Both the position numbers and the translations under genes were made by a program. DNA of 64,000 nt, taken from contig CAXXVS010000002.1 in assembly GCA_963674755.2 (NCBI GenBank), positions 800,001 through 864,000 of the forward strand. Reading direction: 5' to 3'. Positions 57,958 through 64,000 of this stretch are shown piece after piece. Origin of the DNA: Desulfobacterales bacterium (lineage in GTDB: Bacteria; Desulfobacterota; Desulfobacteria; Desulfobacterales; UBA5852). Below the pieces are notes generated by a model. That model did no database searches. It saw nothing but the letters and a program-made list of their open reading frames with translations, and was not told where the DNA came from. Position 1 is the first letter of the stretch, and each line of letters starts with the position of its first letter.

Positions 57958-57987
57958 AATCTAATGGAAAACGATTTCTCCTGTCAA
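57958..57987 (-). promoter_or_regulatory. Sigma70-type promoter candidate for pfaD
   Basis: Minus strand TTGACA (57987-82), 18 nt, TAGATT (57963-58). Confidence 0.45.
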
Positions 57988-58031
57988 GGGACGGGGCAAG
58001 GCGCCTTATTAGCGATCACCCGTGGGAGAGT

Positions 58032-58952
58032 TCATGAACGGGGGTGGTATTGATGATGAATACTCTGGAGGCGTTCCATGGAAACATGGGTATAGATTTG
58101 GGTCGTGGCGATATCGGCGTGGCCCAGCATTGTCTGAACCACACGCAGGTCGGCCCCGCCCTCGAGGAGATGGCTCGCAAAAGAATGGCGCAAAGTGTGG
58201 GGGCTGACCGGATGTCGAATACCAGCCTGCAGGGCGTATTTTTTGAGAAGCTTCCAGAAGCCCTGGCGCGACAGAGGGTGACCGCGACGGGCCACAAACA
58301 GGAACACGCTGGTTTCCCCCTTCAGCATCAGGGGGCGGGCCTGGTTCAGGTAGCGGGTCAAAACGCTTAGCGCCGGCCGGCCGATGGGGACCACCCGTTC
58401 CTTGCCGCCTTTGCCGAAGACCCGAACGAAGCCGGCATCGAAATTGAGATCCGGAATCTTCAGGCGAATGAGCTCCGATACCCGCAAGCCCGCCGCATAG
58501 AGGAGTTCAAGCATCGCAGCATCCCGCAGTCCGGCGGGACGGTCCACGGGGGGAGCGGCCAAAAGGGCCTGAATTTCATGTCCGGATAGAACATCCGGTA
58601 AATGGCGCCCGGATTTGGGAAGCTCGATCAGGGCGGCCGGATCGTGGGGCAGGATATTTTCCTGGTGCAGAAAGCGGAAAAACCCCCGCAGCGTGACGAG
58701 ATGGCGCGCCCGGGAGGTCGGGATAAGCCCGCGGTTGCGCAGATGGATCAGGTAGCCTAGAATAGCCGTTGCGTGGATGTCCTCCAGCCCTAAGAGGCCC
58801 TGATCCGCCAGATAGCTCATAAAGCCGTGCAAATCACGGCTGTAGGATTCCAGCGTGTTAGGGGAGAGCCCCTTTTCAACGGTGAGGTAGGACAGGTAGT
58901 GGTCGATCCAGCGATCGCATTCTGAAAAACGAGACGTATCCTTCTGGTTCAT
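58032..58952 (-). CDS. xerD: Site-specific tyrosine recombinase XerD
   Basis: EKGLSPNTLESYSRDL, RDAAMLELLYAAGLRVSEL, GKGGKERVVP, SRQGFWK, PHTLRHSFASHLL, LGHADIATTQIYTHV. Confidence 0.92.
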   Translation of the reverse strand: MNQKDTSRFSECDRWIDHYLSYLTVEKGLSPNTLESYSRDLHGFMSYLADQGLLGLEDIHATAILGYLIHLRNRGLIPTSRARHLVTLRGFFRFLHQENILPHDPAALIELPKSGRHLPDVLSGHEIQALLAAPPVDRPAGLRDAAMLELLYAAGLRVSELIRLKIPDLNFDAGFVRVFGKGGKERVVPIGRPALSVLTRYLNQARPLMLKGETSVFLFVARRGHPLSRQGFWKLLKKYALQAGIRHPVSPHTLRHSFASHLLEGGADLRVVQTMLGHADIATTQIYTHVSMERLQSIHHQYHPRS

Positions 58953-59013
58953 AGAGCTGATCCATCCGGCTTTACAACCACTTGTTTTTTGCGGCGGGTT
59001 GCGGTGGGCATCC

Positions 59014-60153
59014 TCAGGGGAGTGTCAGGCTGAAGCCGTCGAGATCAAGCCCGTTGAGGATTTCAGCACCGCCGGCCGCCACCACCGCCTGATTCTCCAG
59101 GCGGATGCCCCCCCAGTCGGGCAGATAGATGCCGGGTTCGACCGTGACGATCATGCCCGCCTCCAGGACGTCTTCGCTATGCGGGCCCAAACGCGGCGCT
59201 TCGTGGATCATCAGACCGGTGCCATGCCCCAGACTGTGGCCGAAATGGTCGCCGAAGCCCGCATCCTGTATAATCTGGCGTGCGACCGCATCCACCGTCT
59301 TACCGTGGGCACCGGCTCGGAGGGTTGCGGCGGCCGCAGTCTGGGCTTCCCGGACGATGGCGTAAAGCTTGATGAACTGCTCGTCGGGGTTTCCGAAGAC
59401 GACGGTTCGGGAAATATCGGAGCAATAGCCATCGACCCGAGCGCCCCAGTCCACCAGCACCGGCTCACCGGTTTGGATCGGTCGATCGCCCGGAACGGCA
59501 TGGGGCTTGGCGCTGTTGGGGCCCGCCGCCACGATGATCGGAAAGGAGGGGCCTTCGGCGCCGCCCTGGCGCATCAGATCTTCGAGCTGGCGCGCCACGG
59601 CGGCTTCTGTCATACCCGGGCGGATCCATTGACACAATTCCCGGAACGCCCTTTCGGCGCAGGCGATCGCCCGTCGGGTCATGAAGATTTCTTCGGGATC
59701 CTTGCATGCGCGCAGGGATTCGACCTGATTTTCAGCGGCCACCAGGACGATCGCAGCAACTTCCTTTTGGAGGCGGGTCAGCAGTTCCTGGTGGAGCTTG
59801 ACAGTCATGCGGGCGCTTTCAAACCCCACCCGCCGGGCGCCTGCCTGTCGCAACAACTGGGGCAGGGCTTCGTATAGGCTCTTGCGGTAGCAGACGACCT
59901 CAAATCCCGGTGCTTCCTGACGGGCCTGCAGATCGTAGCGCGAATCGGTGGCCAGGAGGCAGGCCGAGCTGGTGATCAACAGGGCACCCGCGGTTTCATC
60001 GAACTGGCCGTCCTCGGCATTGTAGCCGCTCAGATAACGGCGGTTGGCATCGATCAGGACCAGAAAGGCGTCCAGGTCCAAATGGTGCATTTTGGCGCGC
60101 AATCCTTCTATGCGCTGCTCGTTGGGGGACAATGGGGATGTGTTTGGCGTCAT
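59014..60153 (-). CDS. Xaa-Pro aminopeptidase (M24 family)
   Basis: NRRYLSG, TDSRY, PHAVP, DWGA..GYCSDISRT, HSLGHGTGLMIHEAP, TVEPGIY, GIRLEN; start set at MTPNT. Confidence 0.93.
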   Translation of the reverse strand: MTPNTSPLSPNEQRIEGLRAKMHHLDLDAFLVLIDANRRYLSGYNAEDGQFDETAGALLITSSACLLATDSRYDLQARQEAPGFEVVCYRKSLYEALPQLLRQAGARRVGFESARMTVKLHQELLTRLQKEVAAIVLVAAENQVESLRACKDPEEIFMTRRAIACAERAFRELCQWIRPGMTEAAVARQLEDLMRQGGAEGPSFPIIVAAGPNSAKPHAVPGDRPIQTGEPVLVDWGARVDGYCSDISRTVVFGNPDEQFIKLYAIVREAQTAAAATLRAGAHGKTVDAVARQIIQDAGFGDHFGHSLGHGTGLMIHEAPRLGPHSEDVLEAGMIVTVEPGIYLPDWGGIRLENQAVVAAGGAEILNGLDLDGFSLTLP

Positions 60154-60430
60154 GGCATTACCGTGTTCTTCCTTATTCAATGGGGGCGGTATCGTCTCCG
60201 CTGGGGTTGCTCCTTCTTTACATGGAACCCGCAGGAAAAAGCAAGCGGGGACACCGTTTCCCAAGGCGGAGAACCGCTTGAAACATTGTATGACGCGCAA
60301 TGTCCCATGGCAAAAGAGCTTGACAGTTAATACCAATTATCAAATAACCTGATCGATGCTGGACGCTTGCCAGGCTTACCAACCGATCCGGTACGAACGT
60401 GTCAACCATCAGCGCGGCGAGGTAGCGGTC

Positions 60431-63403
60431 TTGACGAAATCAATCGAGCAACTCATGGACGCCTACGAGCGGAATGTGAACAACTATCATCTGCTGATGT
60501 CGCGGCGGGTCAAAGATATTCTTCTGATTTCCAATCTCTACGATGCTTGCATCATCAATGAAGAATGCCGCTTGTCGGAGCGCATCGTACGGGAATACGC
60601 GGGATTGAACCTCAGTCGGCCGCCCCGCGTGACCTGGGCCGAATCGGCGGATGAGGCCATGCGCCTCCTGGGTCGCAACGATTTCGACATGGTCATCACC
60701 ATGTACCGTCTGGCGGACATGGATGCCTTCAACCTGGGGCGTAAAATCAAGTCGCTGTGGCCCAATCTGCCGGTGCTGATGCTGACCCACAATCCCGTGC
60801 CACCTTTATACTGTACGCCTGAAATGGGACGCATCCCGGGCGTCGACCACATCTTCAATTGGACGGGCGATGCTGATTTGGCCATGTCCATGATCAAGTG
60901 TGTGGAAGATTTGCAAAACGTGCCCCTCGATACCGAGAGGGCCGGCATTCGTGTCATTTTGCTGGCGGAGAGCTCCCAACAGCAGCTTTCCGTCGTGCTG
61001 CCGATATTGTATCGCGAAATTATGACCCAGAACGAAGCTGCGCTGGAGGAGGGCTTGGACGAAGAGGACCGCCTGATGATTCGTCAAACCCGGCCGAAAG
61101 TCATTATCGCCGATCACTACGAAAGCGCCCTCAGGCTCTACGAACGCTATAAACCTTTCTTGATGGGAGTGATCGGCTCCTCCCTGCTGGGCCAGGAATG
61201 CCGTCCCGAGGCGCATATGGGATTCTCCCTGCTCGAATCCGTGCGCGCCGACAATCCCCAACTGCCCTTCCTGTTTCTCGCGGCGAGCCCCGAGGAACGC
61301 CAACAGGCCCAAAACCTGGAGGCCGTTGCCGTCAATGCCGCTGAAATTCATCTGAAAGACATGCTGGTGGACTATGGCCGCCGGTTTTTCGGTTTTGGCG
61401 ACTTGGTTTTCCAGGACCAGGGTCACAATGAAGTCGGGCGGGTCCGGTCTTTCCATCAGTTGACGGCCATCCTGAAACAGATCCCGGACGCAACCCTTTT
61501 GGCGGCTGCGCAAGGCCCGGCCCTGCCGCGCTGGCTTTATGCACGGGGAGAGATTGTCCTGGCGGATTACCTCCGGCAAAACTTAAGCGAACAGCGGGAG
61601 GAGGGGCCGCTGAAAGTTCGCCAATTGTTGAACGAAACTTTGGAAATCCGCCGCATTGTGCGTCAAAAGCGAATCGTCGTTGATTTCGACCGGCAAGCGG
61701 TCGACCCGTTGCAGGGTTTCGTCAAGATCGGGCACGGCTCATTAGGGGGCAAAGCCCGGGGATTGGTGTTCCTGGCTTCCCAGGTGAACCCGGAATCCGA
61801 TCTCGTCAAGCGTTTTACGGATGTGCGCATTTTTATCCCCGACACGCTGGTCATCACTACCGAAGCTTTCGAAGCCTTTATCGAAGCCAATCAACTGGAC
61901 ATCTATTCCCGCACTACCATGACGGATCGGGAAATCGCAGAACAGTTTCTGGCGGGGCGGCTTCCGGAAGAGATTCATGACGATCTGAAGGCCTTTGTTG
62001 CCCGCGCGACGTTTCCCCTGGCGGTGCGGTCCTCCAGCCTGCTGGAAGATTCGCAATCCCGCCCCTATGCCGGTATCTACAAGACCTATATGCTGCCCAA
62101 CAATCAGGAAGATGCCGAAGAACGGCTCCAGGCGCTGGCCCGCGCCGTAAAGCTGGTCTATGCGTCCACTTTTTTTGAAGAGCCGCGGGCCTTTTCGGCC
62201 CGCGCGCTGCAAAAACCGGACGAAGAGAAGATGGCTGTCATCATCCAGCGCCTGGTCGGGCGCCTGTATGGCGACCTTTTCTTCCCGGCCATCTCGGGCG
62301 TGGCCCAGTCCTACAATTATTATCCCATGGAGCCCATGAAGCCGGAGGACGGGATTGCCAACATCGCCGTCGGGCTGGGCAAAACCGTGGTGGACGGCGA
62401 ACGCTCGTTGCGCTTCTGCCCCCTGTATCCGCAGCGCTTACCCCAGTTTTCCATCGTCGAAGATATCCTGGAGAATGCCCAGCGGGAATTTTATGGGCTG
62501 CGAATCCCGTCGCCGGACGCCCATCCGGCGCGGAATGAAGATGCAACTTTGGAAAAAAGAGATATCACGGATATTGCCGATCCCGCCTTGAAACAGATGG
62601 TCGCCAGCACCTATCAACCCCAGGAGCACCGCATCAAGGATACCGTTATTGCCGGTGGTCATCCGGTGGTGACCTTCGCCGCCATTCTTAAATACGGCGC
62701 CTTGCCCCTGCCGGAAATATTGTCCGAAGTGATGATCATGGGCCAGAAGGGGATGGATTGTCCGGTGGACGTCGAATTTGCCGTCAATCTGCCCGAAACT
62801 CCCGGTGAAGCGCCGGAGGTGGCCATCCTGCAGATCCGTCCCATGGCCGCACGGGGTGACATGGCCCATGTGGATATTCTTCCGGAGGAGACCAAACGCT
62901 GTTTCTGCTATTCGGAAAATGCCCTTGGCAACGGTATCAGCCGCGATCTGACCGATATCGTTTACGTCAAGCCCCAGGATTTCGATTCGGCCAAAACCGT
63001 GGAGATCGCCAAAGAGATCAGCATCCTGAACGCCGAGCTTGCCAACGCCGATTGTTCCTATATCCTGATCGGCCCCGGACGTTGGGGATCGGCCGACCCC
63101 TGGCTGGGAATTCCGGTACGCTGGGCGGATATCTCGGCGGCCAGCGTCATTGTTGAAACGACTCATGTCTCCTTTACCGCCGACCCGTCCCAGGGATCGC
63201 ATTTCTTTCACAACATGACGTCTCTGGGGATGAGCTATCTCAATATAACCGACGGGGGGCGGGATTTTATCAAACCCAGCTGGTTCAGCTCACAGCCCGT
63301 CATGCGGGTCACCCGCTTCCTTTCGCACATTCGCCTGAATCGACCGGTGGTGGTGAAGGTGGACGGCCGACGATCCCTCGGCGTGATCCGTGACTCACGT
63401 TAG
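60431..63403 (+). CDS. PEP synthase/PPDK nucleotide-binding (PPDK_N)-like protein with N-terminal receiver-like domains
   Basis: GSLGGKARGL, PLAVRSSSLLEDS, EKMAVIIQ, GLGKTVVDG, DVEFA, LQIRP, GPGRWGSADPWLGIPV, PSQGSHFFHN; start set at TTG 60431. Confidence 0.85.
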   Translation: MTKSIEQLMDAYERNVNNYHLLMSRRVKDILLISNLYDACIINEECRLSERIVREYAGLNLSRPPRVTWAESADEAMRLLGRNDFDMVITMYRLADMDAFNLGRKIKSLWPNLPVLMLTHNPVPPLYCTPEMGRIPGVDHIFNWTGDADLAMSMIKCVEDLQNVPLDTERAGIRVILLAESSQQQLSVVLPILYREIMTQNEAALEEGLDEEDRLMIRQTRPKVIIADHYESALRLYERYKPFLMGVIGSSLLGQECRPEAHMGFSLLESVRADNPQLPFLFLAASPEERQQAQNLEAVAVNAAEIHLKDMLVDYGRRFFGFGDLVFQDQGHNEVGRVRSFHQLTAILKQIPDATLLAAAQGPALPRWLYARGEIVLADYLRQNLSEQREEGPLKVRQLLNETLEIRRIVRQKRIVVDFDRQAVDPLQGFVKIGHGSLGGKARGLVFLASQVNPESDLVKRFTDVRIFIPDTLVITTEAFEAFIEANQLDIYSRTTMTDREIAEQFLAGRLPEEIHDDLKAFVARATFPLAVRSSSLLEDSQSRPYAGIYKTYMLPNNQEDAEERLQALARAVKLVYASTFFEEPRAFSARALQKPDEEKMAVIIQRLVGRLYGDLFFPAISGVAQSYNYYPMEPMKPEDGIANIAVGLGKTVVDGERSLRFCPLYPQRLPQFSIVEDILENAQREFYGLRIPSPDAHPARNEDATLEKRDITDIADPALKQMVASTYQPQEHRIKDTVIAGGHPVVTFAAILKYGALPLPEILSEVMIMGQKGMDCPVDVEFAVNLPETPGEAPEVAILQIRPMAARGDMAHVDILPEETKRCFCYSENALGNGISRDLTDIVYVKPQDFDSAKTVEIAKEISILNAELANADCSYILIGPGRWGSADPWLGIPVRWADISAASVIVETTHVSFTADPSQGSHFFHNMTSLGMSYLNITDGGRDFIKPSWFSSQPVMRVTRFLSHIRLNRPVVVKVDGRRSLGVIRDSR

Positions 63404-63510
63404 GCAATGGCCAAGCCGACCATTTCATCGGTATCGCACTTGCCGACAGCCCGGTGGCCGTTAGTTGCATCGGGCGGCCTTCGGTCCACACCTAACCTCG
63501 GAGGGCCGCG

Positions 63511-64000
63511 ATGATCACCCTATCCGACATTGCAGCGGCTTCCGACCGTATCAAAGGCCGAATTCTCACCACCCCGCTGGTGTTTTCCCCCGCCTTAAGC
63601 CGGATGTTCAACGGCGATATCTACCTGAAGATGGAGAATCTCCAGAAGACGGGTTCCTTTAAAATTCGCGGCGCCATGAATCTCATCAAAGCCTGTCAGG
63701 AGAAGATTCCTTCCTCCGGAGTTGTGGCTGCTTCAGCCGGCAACCACGCCCAGGGCGTGGCCCTGGCCGCCCGACAGGCAGGGATCCCGGCCACCATCGT
63801 CATGCCGGTGGGGTCTTCCATTTCCAAGCAGGAGGCCACCCGGAACTACGGCGGTAACGTCATTCTCGAAGGCCGGAGCGTCTCCGACAGTTTGGTCTAT
63901 GCGAAGCAATTGGCGCGGGATGGGCGGATGTTCATCCATCCCTTCGACGATCCGCTGATCATGGCCGGTCAGGGCACCATCGCCCTGGAAATCCTGGCCT
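63511..64000 (+). CDS. ilvA: Threonine ammonia-lyase (IlvA/TdcB family), 5' part; runs off window end
   Basis: Not in the ORF track; translated by hand: MITLSDIAAASDRIKGRILTTPL..YLKMENLQKTGSFKIRGA..VVAASAGNHAQGVA..FIHPFDDPLIMAGQGTIALEI. Confidence 0.93.
   Translation, partial: MITLSDIAAASDRIKGRILTTPLVFSPALSRMFNGDIYLKMENLQKTGSFKIRGAMNLIKACQEKIPSSGVVAASAGNHAQGVALAARQAGIPATIVMPVGSSISKQEATRNYGGNVILEGRSVSDSLVYAKQLARDGRMFIHPFDDPLIMAGQGTIALEILA

Noticed and set aside
58032..58952. Tyrosine recombinase beside the pfa cluster as an island integrase
   Set aside because: Sequence and length fit housekeeping XerD; no att repeats, tRNA or phage genes were seen.

Overview
A 64 kb chromosomal window whose gene content suggests a sulfate-reducing deltaproteobacterium (Desulfobacterales-like; inferred). 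Two blocks stand out. (1) About 4.2-14.4 kb: a visibly AT-richer, co-directional 10-gene signalling locus. It encodes an MglB-like roadblock protein, an MglA-like small GTPase, two unknowns, a zinc-ribbon/dCache/HAMP membrane receptor with no catalytic output, a tandem DUF4388-like protein, a PAS-PAS-HisKA protein lacking the ATP-binding domain, a REC-DUF4388 protein, a second roadblock-like protein and a TPR-fused PilB/GspE ATPase. This is my best candidate for an undescribed system: a receptor-coupled small-GTPase switch wired to a pilus motor. (2) About 32.4-57.9 kb: a PUFA-synthase (pfaD, pfaA with 3 ACPs, fused pfaBC) plus oleABCD olefin cluster, split into three pieces. The interrupting genes are a MerR-like HTH gene that shares a palindromic -35 with pfaA, a DUF2914 gene plus a CdaA-CdaR fusion diadenylate cyclase, a cold-shock gene and an IscU/YkgJ-like pair. 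The rest is housekeeping or metabolic: partial mtEFG1-type fusA, a CoA-transferase-GNAT fusion with an apparent catalytic Glu->Gln change, rsmG, an ABC transporter, DUF711/ACT, xerD, an M24 peptidase, a PPDK_N-like protein and a partial threonine ammonia-lyase. I saw no rRNA, tRNA, CRISPR array or transposase. All calls come from reading motifs by eye; no searches were run.
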